DNA of 64,000 nucleotides from Auanema rhodensis (taxonomy: Eukaryota > Animalia > Nematoda): positions 21,142,001-21,206,000 of the forward strand of contig OZ059898.1 in assembly GCA_964057225.1 (NCBI GenBank), in the 5' to 3' direction. Position numbers and translations under genes: made by a program. The stretch's first letter is position 1; each line of letters opens with the position of its first letter. Shown here piece after piece: positions 11,601-24,600 of this stretch. Under the pieces are notes generated by a model that saw only the letters and a list, made by a program, of their open reading frames with translations, was not told the origin of the DNA and searched no databases.

Positions 11601-14600
11601 GATGTGCACTTGGTATGTAACTCGCTTCACGTGAAAGATAAAGAGATGCGGTTTTCAAAATTAGATTCCCCATATCCATATTAGTCTAAAAACAAATTTT
11701 TATTGATATTGGTGCATGGTAACCATGACTTTGAATTTTACGTGAACTTTAATTTATGCTAATTAAATGTACACGTGATGTGCACTTGGTATGTAACTCG
11801 CTTCACGTGAAAGATAAAGAGATGAGGTTTTCAAAATTAGATTCCCCATGTCCATATTAGTCTAAAAACAAATTTTTATTGATATTGGTTCATGGTAACC
11901 ATGACTTTGAAATTTACGTGAACTTTAATTTATGCTAATTAAATGTACACGTGATGTGCACTTGGTATGTAACTCGCTTCACGTGAAAGATAAAGAGATG
12001 CGGTTTTCAAAATTAGATTCCCCATGTCCATATTAGTCTAAAAACAAATTTTTATTGATATTGGTGCATGGTAACCATGACTTTGAAATTTACGTGAACT
12101 TTAATTTATGCTAATTAAATGTACACGTGATGTGCACTTGGTATGTAACTCGCTTCACGTGAAAGATGAAGAGATGCGGTTTTCAAAATTAGATTCCCCA
12201 TGTCCATATTAGTCTAAAAACAAACTTTTATTGATATTGGTGCATGGTAACCATGACTTTGAAATTTACGTGAACTTTAATTTATGCTAATTAAATGTAC
12301 ACGTGATGTGCACTTGGTATGTAACTCGCTTCACGTGAAAGATAAAGAGATGCGGTTTTCAAAATTAGATTCCCCATGTTCATATTAGTCTAAAAACAAA
12401 TTTTTATTGATATTGGTGCATGGTAACCATGACTTTGAAATTTACGTGAACTTTAATTTATGCTAATTAAATGTACACGTGATGTGCACTTGGTATGTAA
12501 CTCGCTTCACGTGAAAGATAAAGAGATGCGGTTTTCAAAATTAGATTCCCCATGTCCATATTAGTCTAAAAACAAATTTTTATTGATATTGGTTCATGGT
12601 AACCATGACTTTGAAATTTACGTGAACTTTAATTTATGCTAATTAAATGTACACGTGATGTGCACTTGGTATGTAACTCGCTTCACGTGAAAGATAAAGA
12701 GATGCGGTTTTCAAAATTAGATTCCCCATATCCATATTAGTCTAAAAACAAATTTTTATTGATATTGGTGCATGGTAACCATGACTTTGAATTTTACGTG
12801 AACTTTAATTTATGCTAATTAAATGTACACGTGATGTGCACTTGGTATGTAACTCGCTTCACGTGAAAGATAAAGAGATGAGGTTTTCAAAATTAGATTC
12901 CCCATGTCCATATTAGTCTAAAAACAAATTTTTATTGATATTGGTGCATGGTAACCATGACTTTGAAATTTACGTGAACTTTAATTTATGCTAATTAAAT
13001 GTACACGTGATGTGCACTTGGTATGTAACTCGCTTCACGTGAAAGATAAAGAGATGCGGTTTTCAAAATTAGATTCCCCATGTCCATATTAGTCTAAAAA
13101 CAAATTTTTATTGATATTGGTGCATGGTAACCATGACTTTGAAATTTACGTGAACTTTAATTTATGCTAATTAAATGTACACGTGATGTGCACTTGGTAT
13201 GTAACTCGCTTCACGTGAAAGATGAAGAGATGCTGTTTTCAAAATTAGATTCCCCATGTCCATATTAGTCTAAAAACAAAATTTTATTGATATTGGTGCA
13301 TGGTAACCATGACTTTGAAATTTACGTGAACTTTAATTTATGCTAATTAAATGTACACGTGATGTGCACTTGGTATGTAACTCGCTTCACGTGAAAGATA
13401 AAGAGATGCGGTTTTCAAAATTAGATTCCCCATGTCCATATTAGTCTAAAAACAAATTTTTATTGATATTGGTTCATGGTAACCATGACTTTGAAATTTA
13501 CGTGAACTTTAATTTATGCTAATTAAATGTACACGTGATGTGCACTTGGTATGTAACTCGCTTCACGTGAAAGATGAAGAGATGCTGTTTTCAAAATTAG
13601 ATTCCCCATGTCCATATTAGTCTAAAAACAAATTTTCATTGATATTGGTGAATGGTAACCATGACTTTGAAATTTACGTGAACTTTAATTTATGCTAATT
13701 AAATGTACACGTGATGTGTACTTGGTATGTAACTCGCTTCACGTGAAAGATAAAGAGATGCGGTTTTCAAAATTAGATTCCCCATGTCCATATTAGTCTA
13801 AAAACAAATTTTCATTGATATTGGTGAATGGTAACCATGACTTTGAAATTTACGTGAACTTTAATTTATGCTAATTAAATGTACACGTGATGTGTACTTG
13901 GTATGTAACTCGCTTCACGTGAAAGATAAAGAGATGCGGTTTTCAAAATTAGATTCCCCATGTCCATATTAGTCTAAAAACAAATTTTTATTGATATTGG
14001 TGCATGGTAACCATGACTTTGAAATTTACGTGAACTTTAATTTATGCTAATTAAATGTACACGTCATGTGCACTTGGTATGTAACTCGCTTCACGTGAAA
14101 GATGAAGAGATGCGGTTTTCAAAATTAGATTCCCCATGTCCATATTAGTCTAAAAACAAATTTTTATTGATATTGGTGCATGGTAACCATGACTTTGAAA
14201 TTTACGTGAACTTTAATTTATGCTAATTAAATGTACACGTGATGTGCACTTGGTATGTAACTCGCTTCACGTGAAAGATAAGGAGATGCGGTTTTCAAAA
14301 TTAGATTCCCCATGTCCATATTAGTCTAAAAACAAATTTTTATTGATATTGGTTCATGGTAACCATGACTTTGAAATTTACGTGAACTTTAATTTATGCT
14401 AATTAAATGTACACGTGATGTGCACTTGGTATGTAACTCGCTTCACGTGAAAGATAAAGAGATGCGGTTTTCAAAATTAGATTCCCCATGTCCATATTAG
14501 TCTAAAAACAAATTTTTATTGATATTGGTGCATGGTAACCATGACTTTGAAATTTACGTGAACTTTAATTTATGCTAATTAAATGTACACGTGATGTGCA

Positions 14601-17600
14601 CTTGGTATGTAACTCGCTTCACGTGAAAGATAAAGAGATGCGGTTTTCAAAATTAGATTCCCCATGTCCATATTAGTCTAAAAACAAAGTTTTATTGATA
14701 TTGGTTCATGGTAACCATGACTTTGAAATTTACGTGAACTTTAATTTATGCTAATTAAATGTACACGTGATGTGCACTTGGTATGTAACTCGCTTCACGT
14801 GAAAGATAAAGAGATGCGGTTTTCAAAATTAGATTCCCCATGTCCATATTAGTCTAAAAACAAATTTTTATTGATATTGGTGCATGGTAACCATGACTTT
14901 GAAATTTACGTGAACTTTAATTTATGCTAATTAAATGTACACGTGATGTGCACTTGGTATGTAACTCGCTTCACGTGAAAGATAAAGAGATGCGGTTTTC
15001 AAAATTAGATTCCCCATGTCCATATTAGTCTAAAAACAAATTTTTATTGATATTGGTTCATGGTAACCATGACTTTGAAATTTACGTGAACTTTAATTTA
15101 TGCTAATTAAATGTACACGTGATGTGCACTTGGTATGTAACTCGCTTCACGTGAAAGATAAAGAGATGCGGTTTTCAAAATTAGATTCCCCATGTCCATA
15201 TTAGTCTAAAAACAAATTTTTATTGATATTGGTGCATGGTAACCATGACTTTGAAATTTACGTGAACTTTAATTTATGCTAATTAAATGTACACGTGATG
15301 TGCACTTGGTATGTAACTCGCTTCACGTGAAAGATAAAGAGATGCGGTTTTCAAAATTAGATTCCCCATGTCCATATTAGTCTAAAAACAAATTTTTATT
15401 GATATTGGTGCATGGTAACCATGACTTTGAAAGTTACGTGAACTTTAATTTATGCTAATTAAATGTACACGTGATGTGCACTTGGTATGTAACTCGCTTC
15501 ACGTGAAAGATAAAGAGATGCGGTTTTCAAAATTAGATTCCCCATGTCCATATTAGTCTAAAAACAAATTTTTATTGATATTGGTTCATGGTAACCATGA
15601 CTTTGAAATTTACGTGAACTTTAATTTATGCTAATTAAATGTACACGTGATGTGCACTTGGTATGTAACTCGCTTCACGTGAAAGATAAAGAGATGCGGT
15701 TTTCAAAATTAGATTCCCCATGTCCATATTAGTCTAAAAACAAATTTTTATTGATATTGGTGCATGGTAACCATGACTTTGAAATTTACGTGAACTTTAA
15801 TTTATGCTAATTAAATGTACACGTGATGTGCACTTGGTATGTAACTCGCTTCACGTGAAAGATGAAGAGATGCGGTTTTCAAAATTAGATTCCCCATGTC
15901 CATATTAGTCTAAAAACAAACTTTTATTGATATTGGTGCATGGTAACCATGACTTTGAAATTTACGTGAACTTTAATTTATGCTAATTAAATGTACACGT
16001 GATGTGCACTTGGTATGTAACTCGCTTCACGTGAAAGATAAAGAGATGCGGTTTTCAAAATTAGATTCCCCATGTTCATATTAGTCTAAAAACAAATTTT
16101 TATTGATATTGGTGCATGGTAACCATGACTTTGAAATTTACGTGAACTTTAATTTATGCTAATTAAATGTACACGTGATGTGCACTTGGTATGTAACTCG
16201 CTTCACGTGAAAGATAAAGAGATGCGGTTTTCAAAATTAGATTCCCCATGTCCATATTAGTCTAAAAACAAATTTTTATTGATATTGGTTCATGGTAACC
16301 ATGACTTTGAAATTTACGTGAACTTTAATTTATGCTAATTAAATGTACACGTGATGTGCACTTGGTATGTAACTCGCTTCACGTGAAAGATAAAGAGATG
16401 CGGTTTTCAAAATTAGATTCCCCATATCCATATTAGTCTAAAAACAAATTTTTATTGATATTGGTGCATGGTAACCATGACTTTGAATTTTACGTGAACT
16501 TTAATTTATGCTAATTAAATGTACACGTGATGTGCACTTGGTATGTAACTCGCTTCACGTGAAAGATAAAGAGATGAGGTTTTCAAAATTAGATTCCCCA
16601 TGTCCATATTAGTCTAAAAACAAATTTTTATTGATATTGGTGCATGGTAACCATGACTTTGAAATTTACGTGAACTTTAATTTATGCTAATTAAATGTAC
16701 ACGTGATGTGCACTTGGTATGTAACTCGCTTCACGTGAAAGATAAAGAGATGCGGTTTTCAAAATTAGATTCCCCATGTCCATATTAGTCTAAAAACAAA
16801 TTTTTATTGATATTGGTGCATGGTAACCATGACTTTGAAATTTACGTGAACTTTAATTTATGCTAATTAAATGTACACGTGATGTGCACTTGGTATGTAA
16901 CTCGCTTCACGTGAAAGATGAAGAGATGCTGTTTTCAAAATTAGATTCCCCATGTCCATATTAGTCTAAAAACAAAATTTTATTGATATTGGTGCATGGT
17001 AACCATGACTTTGAAATTTACGTGAACTTTAATTTATGCTAATTAAATGTACACGTGATGTGCACTTGGTATGTAACTCGCTTCACGTGAAAGATAAAGA
17101 GATGCGGTTTTCAAAATTAGATTCCCCATGTCCATATTAGTCTAAAAACAAATTTTTATTGATATTGGTTCATGGTAACCATGACTTTGAAATTTACGTG
17201 AACTTTAATTTATGCTAATTAAATGTACACGTGATGTGCACTTGGTATGTAACTCGCTTCACGTGAAAGATGAAGAGATGCTGTTTTCAAAATTAGATTC
17301 CCCATGTCCATATTAGTCTAAAAACAAAATTTTATTGATATTGGTGCATGGTAACCATGACTTTGAAATTTACGTGAACTTTAATTTATGCTAATTAAAT
17401 GTACACGTGATGTGCACTTGGTATGTAACTCGCTTCACGTGAAAGATAAAGAGATGCGGTTTTCAAAATTAGATTCCCCATGTCCATATTAGTCTAAAAA
17501 CAAATTTTTATTGATATTGGTTCATGGTAACCATGACTTTGAAATTTACGTGAACTTTAATTTATGCTAATTAAATGTACACGTGATGTGCACTTGGTAT

Positions 17601-18127
17601 GTAACTCGCTTCACGTGAAAGATAAAGAGATGCGGTTTTCAAAATTAGATTCCCCATGTCCATATTAGTCTAAAAACAAATTTTCATTGATATTGGTGAA
17701 TGGTAACCATGACTTTGAAATTTACGTGAACTTTAATTTATGCTAATTAAATGTACAAGTGATGTGTACTTGGTATGTAACTCGCTTCACGTGAAAGATA
17801 AAGAGATGCGGTTTTCAAAATTAGATTCCCCATGTCCATATTAGTCTAAAAACAAATTTTCATTGATATTGGTGAATGGTAACCATGACTTTGAAATTTA
17901 CGTGAACTTTAATTTATGCTAATTAAATGTACACGTGATGTGTACTTGGTATGTAACTCGCTTCACGTGAAAGATAAAGAGATGCGGTTTTCAAAATTAG
18001 ATTCCCCATGTCCATATTAGTCTAAAAACAAATTTTCATTGATATTGGTGAATGGTAACCATGACTTTGAAATTTACGTGAACTTTAATTTATGCTAATT
18101 AAATGTACACGTGATGTGTACTTGGTA
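8624..18127. repeat. Tandem ~5-kb segmental duplication within the array (30-monomer copy 8624-13903, 24-monomer copy 13904-18127)
   Basis: Same ordered rare variants in both copies: G162C (8785/14065), A27G (9002/14282), T82G (9409/14689), T122G (10681/15433), then T82C, C61T, G59A+A121T, C34A, G35T+T82A, T86C+C100A+C168T. Confidence 0.9.
11088..13199. repeat. Tandem duplication of a 6-monomer (1056-bp) unit
   Basis: T82C 11169/12225, C61T 11324/12380, G59A 11674/12730, C34A 11825/12881; all are 1056 bp apart. Confidence 0.92.
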
Positions 18128-18830
18128 TGTAACTCGCTTCACGTGAAAGATGAAAAGATGCGGTTTTCAAAATTAGATTCCTCATGTCCATATTAGTCTA
18201 AAAACAAATTTTTATTGATATTGGTGCATGGTAACCATGACTTTGAAATTTACTTGAACTTTAATTTATGCTAATTAAATGTACACGTGATGTGCACTTG
18301 GTATGTAACTCGCTTCACGTGAAAGATAAAGAGATGCGGTTTTCAAAATTAGATTCCTCATGTCCATATTAGTCTAAAAACAAATTTTTATTGATATTGG
18401 TGCATGGTAACCATGACTTTGAAATTTACGTGAACTTTAATTTATGCTAATTAAATGTACACGTGATGTGCACTTGGTATGTAACTCGCTTCACGTGAAA
18501 GATAAAGAGATGCGGTTTTCAAAATTAGATTCCCCATGTCCATATTAGTCTAAAAGAAATTTTTATTGATATTGCTTCATGGTAACCATGACTTTGAAAT
18601 TTACGTGAACTTTAATTTATGCTAATTAAATGTACACGTGATGTGCACTTGGTATGTAACTCGCTTCACGTGAAAGATAAAAAGATGCGGTTTTCAAAAT
18701 TAGATTCCCCATGTCCATATTAGTCTAAAAACAAATTTTTATTGATATTGGTTCATGGTAACCATGACTTTGAAATTTACGTGAACTTTAATTTATGCTA
18801 ATTAAATGTACACGTGATGTGCACTTGGTA

Positions 18831-20236
18831 TGTAACTCGCTTCACGTGAAAGATAAAGAGATGCGGTTTTCAAAATTAGATTCCCCATGTCCATATTAGT
18901 CTAAAAGAAATTTTTATTGATATTGCTTCATGGTAACCATGACTTTGAAATTTACGTGAACTTTAATTTATGCTAATTAAATGTACACGTGATGTGCACT
19001 TGGTATGTAACTCGCTTCACGTGAAAGATAAAGAGATGCGGTTTTCAAAATTAGATTCCCCATGTCCATATTAGTCTAAAAACAAATTTTTATTGATATT
19101 GGTTCATGGTAACCATGACTTTGAAATTTACGTGAACTTTAATTTATGCTAATTAAATGTACACGTGATGTGCACTTGGTATGTAACTCGCTTCACGTGA
19201 AAGATAAAGAGATGCGGTTTTCAAAATTAGATTCCCCATGTCCATATTAGTCTAAAAACAAATTTTTATTGATATTGGTTCATGGTAACCATGACTTTGA
19301 AATTTACGTGAACTTTAATTTATGCTAATTAAATGTACACGTGATGTGCACTTGGTATGTAACTCGCTTCACGTGAAAGATAAGGAGATGCGGTTTTCAA
19401 AATTAGATTCCCCATGTCCATATTAGTCTAAAAACAAATTTTTATTGATATTGGTTCATGGTAACCATGACTTTGAAATTTACGTGAACTTTAATTTATG
19501 CTAATTAAATGTACACGTGATGTGCACTTGGTATGTAACTCGCTTCACGTGAAAGATAAAGAGATGCGGTTTTCAAAATTAGATTCCCCATGTCCATATT
19601 AGTCTAAAAGAAATTTTTATTGATATTGCTTCATGGTAACCATGACTTTGAAATTTACGTGAACTTTAATTTATGCTAATTAAATGTACACGTGATGTGC
19701 ACTTGGTATGTAACTCGCTTCACGTGAAAGATAAAGAGATGCGGTTTTCAAAATTAGATTCCCCATGTCCATATTAGTCTAAAAACAAATTTTTATTGAT
19801 ATTGGTTCATGGTAACCATGACTTTGAAATTTACGTGAACTTTAATTTATGCTAATTAAATGTACACGTGATGTGCACTTGGTATGTAACTCGCTTCACG
19901 TGAAAGATAAAGAGATGCGGTTTTCAAAATTAGATTCCCCATGTCCATATTAGTCTAAAAACAAATTTTTATTGATATTGGTTCATGGTAACCATGACTT
20001 TGAAATTTACGTGAACTTTAATTTATGCTAATTAAATGTACACGTGATGTGCACTTGGTATGTAACTCGCTTCACGTGAAAGATAAGGAGATGCGGTTTT
20101 CAAAATTAGATTCCCCATGTCCATATTAGTCTAAAAACAAATTTTTATTGATATTGGTTCATGGTAACCATGACTTTGAAATTTACGTGAACTTTAATTT
20201 ATGCTAATTAAATGTACACGTGATGTGCACTTGGTA
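18831..20236. repeat. Tandem duplication of a 4-monomer (703-bp) unit
   Basis: 175-bp variant at 18907/19610 and A27G at 19384/20087, both 703 bp apart. Confidence 0.8.
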
Positions 20237-20412
20237 TGTAACTCGCTTCACGTGAAAGATAAAGAGATGCGGTTTTCAAAATTAGATTCCCCATGTCCAT
20301 ATTAGTCTAAAAACAAATTTTTATTGATATTGGTGCATGGTAACCATGACTTTGAAATTTACGTGAACTTTAATTTATGCTAATTAAATGTACACGTGAT
20401 GTGCACTTGGTA

Positions 20413-21644
20413 TGTAACTCGCTTCACGTGAAAGATAAAGAGATGCGGTTTTCAAAATTAGATTCCCCATGTCCATATTAGTCTAAAAACTAATTTTTAT
20501 TGATATTGCTTCATGGTAACCATGACTTTAAAATTTACGTGAACTTTAATTTATGCTAATTAAATGTACACGTGATGTGCACTTGGTATGTAACTCGCTT
20601 CACGTGAAAGATAAAGAGATGCGGTTTTCAAAATTAGATTTCCCATGTCCATATTAGTCTAAAAACAAATTTTTATTGATATTGGTTCATGGTAACCATG
20701 ACTTTGAAATTTACGTGAACTTTAATTTATGCTAATTAAATGTACACGTGATGTGCACTTGGTATGTAACTCGCTTCACGTGAAAGATAAAGAGATGCGG
20801 TTTTCAAAATTAGATTCCCCATGTCCATATTAGTCTAAAAACTAATTTTTATTGATATTGCTTCATGGTAACCATGACTTTAAAATTTACGTGAACTTTA
20901 ATTTATGCTAATTAAATGTACACGTGATGTGCACTTGGTATGTAACTCGCTTCACGTGAAAGATAAAGAGATGCGGTTTTCAAAATTAGATTTCCCATGT
21001 CCATATTAGTCTAAAAACAAATTTTTATTGATATTGCTTCATGGTAACCATGACTTTAAAATTTACGTGAACTTTAATTTATGCTAATTAAATGTACACG
21101 TGATGTGCACTTGGTATGTAACTCGCTTCACGTGAAAGATAAAGAGATGCGGTTTTCAAAATTAGATTTCCCATGTCCATATTAGTCTAAAAACAAATTT
21201 TTATTGATATTGGTTCATGGTAACCATGACTTTGAAATTTACGTGAACTTTAATTTATGCTAATTAAATGTACACGTGATGTGCACTTGGTATGTAACTC
21301 GCTTCACGTGAAAGATAAAGAGATGCGGTTTTCAAAATTAGATTCCCCATGTCCATATTAGTCTAAAAACTAATTTTTATTGATATTGCTTCATGGTAAC
21401 CATGACTTTAAAATTTACGTGAACTTTAATTTATGCTAATTAAATGTACACGTGATGTGCACTTGGTATGTAACTCGCTTCACGTGAAAGATAAAGAGAT
21501 GCGGTTTTCAAAATTAGATTTCCCATGTCCATATTAGTCTAAAAACAAATTTTTATTGATATTGGTTCATGGTAACCATGACTTTGAAATTTACGTGAAC
21601 TTTAATTTATGCTAATTAAATGTACACGTGATGTGCACTTGGTA
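20413..21644. repeat. Dimeric (352-bp) higher-order repeat with one hybrid monomer
   Basis: A = A79T+G97C+G118A, B = C53T; order A,B,A,hybrid,B,A,B. Confidence 0.9.
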
Positions 21645-24600
21645 TGTAACTCGCTTCACGTGAAAGATAAAGAGATGCGGTTTTCAAAATTAGATTCCCC
21701 ATGTCCATATTAGTCTAAAAGAAATTTTTATTGATATTGCTTCATGGTAACCATGACTTTGAAATTTACGTGAACTTTAATTTATGCTAATTAAATGTAC
21801 ACGTGATGTGCACTTGGTATGTAACTCGCTTCACGTGAAAGATAAAAAGATGCGGTTTTCAAAATTAGATTCCCCATGTCCATATTAGTCTAAAAACAAA
21901 TTTTTATTGATATTGGTTCATGGTAACCATGACTTTGAAATTTACGTGAACTTTAATTTATGCTAATTAAATGTACACGTGATGTGCACTTGGTATGTAA
22001 CTCGCTTCACGTGAAAGATAAAGAGATGCGGTTTTCAAAATTAGATTCCCCATGTCCATATTAGTCTAAAAGAAATTTTTATTGATATTGCTTCATGGTA
22101 ACCATGACTTTGAAATTTACGTGAACTTTAATTTATGCTAATTAAATGTACACGTGATGTGCACTTGGTATGTAACTCGCTTCACGTGAAAGATAAAGAG
22201 ATGCGGTTTTCAAAATTAGATTCCCCATGTCCATATTAGTCTAAAAACAAATTTTTATTGATATTGGTTCATGGTAACCATGACTTTGAAATTTACGTGA
22301 ACTTTAATTTATGCTAATTAAATGTACACGTGATGTGCACTTGGTATGTAACTCGCTTCACGTGAAAGATAAAGAGATGCGGTTTTCAAAATTAGATTCC
22401 CCATGTCCATATTAGTCTAAAAACAAATTTTTATTGATATTGGTTCATGGTAACCATGACTTTGAAATTTACGTGAACTTTAATTTATGCTAATTAAATG
22501 TACACGTGATGTGCACTTGGTATGTAACTCGCTTCACGTGAAAGATAAAGAGATGCGGTTTTCAAAATTAGATTCCCCATGTCCATATTAGTCTAAAAAC
22601 AAATTTTTATTGATATTGGTTCATGGTAACCATGACTTTGAAATTTACGTGAACTTTAATTTATGCTAATTAAATGTACACGTGATGTGCACTTGGTATG
22701 TAACTCGCTTCACGTGAAAGATAAAGAGATGCGGTTTTCAAAATTAGATTCCCCATGTCCATATTAGTCTAAAAACAAATTTTTATTGATATTGGTGCAT
22801 GGTAACCATGACTTTGAAATTTACGTGAACTTTAATTTATGCTAATTAAATGTACACGTGATGTGCACTTGGTATGTAACTCGCTTCACGTGAAAGATAA
22901 AGAGATGCGGTTTTCAAAATTAGATTCCCCATGTCCATATTAGTCTAAAAACAAATTTTTATTGATATTGGTGCATGGTAACCATGACTTTGAAAGTTAC
23001 GTGAACTTTAATTTATGCTAATTAAATGTACACGTGATGTGCACTTGGTATGTAACTCGCTTCACGTGAAAGATAAAGAGATGCGGTTTTCAAAATTAGA
23101 TTCCCCATGTCCATATTAGTCTAAAAACAAATTTTTATTGATATTGGTTCATGGTAACCATGACTTTGAAATTTACGTGAACTTTAATTTATGCTAATTA
23201 AATGTACACGTGATGTGCACTTGGTATGTAACTCGCTTCACGTGAAAGATAAAGAGATGCGGTTTTCAAAATTAGATTCCCCATGTCCATATTAGTCTAA
23301 AAACAAATTTTTATTGATATTGGTGCATGGTAACCATGACTTTGAAATTTACGTGAACTTTAATTTATGCTAATTAAATGTACACGTGATGTGCACTTGG
23401 TATGTAACTCGCTTCACGTGAAAGATAAAGAGATGCGGTTTTCAAAATTAGATTCCCCATGTCCATATTAGTCTAAAAACAAATTTTTATTGATATTGGT
23501 GCATGGTAACCATGACTTTGAATTTTACGTGAACTTTAATTTATGCTAATTAAATGTACACGTGATGTGCACTTGGTATGTAACTCGCTTCACGTGAAAG
23601 ATAAAGAGATGCGGTTTTCAAAATTAGATTCCCCATGTCCATATTAGTCTAAAAACAAATTTTTATTGATATTGGTGCATGGTAACCATGACTTTGAAAT
23701 TTACGTGAACTTTAATTTATGCTAATTAAATGTACACGTGATGTGCACTTGGTATGTAACTCGCTTCACGTGAAAGATGAAGAGATACGGTTTTCAAAAT
23801 TAGATTCCCCATGTCCATATTAGTCTAAAAACAAACTTTTATTGATATTGGTGCATGGTAACCATGACTTTGAAATTTACGTGAACTTTAATTTATGCTA
23901 ATTAAATGTACACGTGATGTGCACTTGGTATGTAACTCGCTTCACGTGAAAGATAAAGAGATGCGGTTTTCAAAATTAGATTCCCCATGTTCATATTAGT
24001 CTAAAAACAAATTTTTATTGATATTGGTGCATGGTAACCATGACTTTGAAATTTACGTGAACTTTAATTTATGCTAATTAAATGTACACGTGATGTGCAC
24101 TTGGTATGTAACTCGCTTCTCGTGAAAGATAAAGAGATGCGGTTTTCAAAATTAGATTCCCCATGTCCATATTAGTCTAAAAACAAATTTTTATTGATAT
24201 TGGTTCATGGTAACCATGACTTTGAAATTTACGTGAACTTTAATTTATGCTAATTAAATGTACACGTGATGTGCACTTGGTATGTAACTCGCTTCACGTG
24301 AAAGATAAAGAGATGCGGTTTTCAAAATTAGATTCCCCATATCCATATTAGTCTAAAAACAAATTTTTATTGATATTGGTGCATGGTAACCATGACTTTG
24401 AATTTTACGTGAACTTTAATTTATGCTAATTAAATGTACACGTGATGTGCACTTGGTATGTAACTCGCTTCACGTGAAAGATAAAGAGATGCGGTTTTCA
24501 AAATTAGATTCCCCATGTCCATATTAGTCTAAAAACAAATTTTTATTGATATTGGTGCATGGTAACCATGACTTTGAAATTTACGTGAACTTTAATTTAT

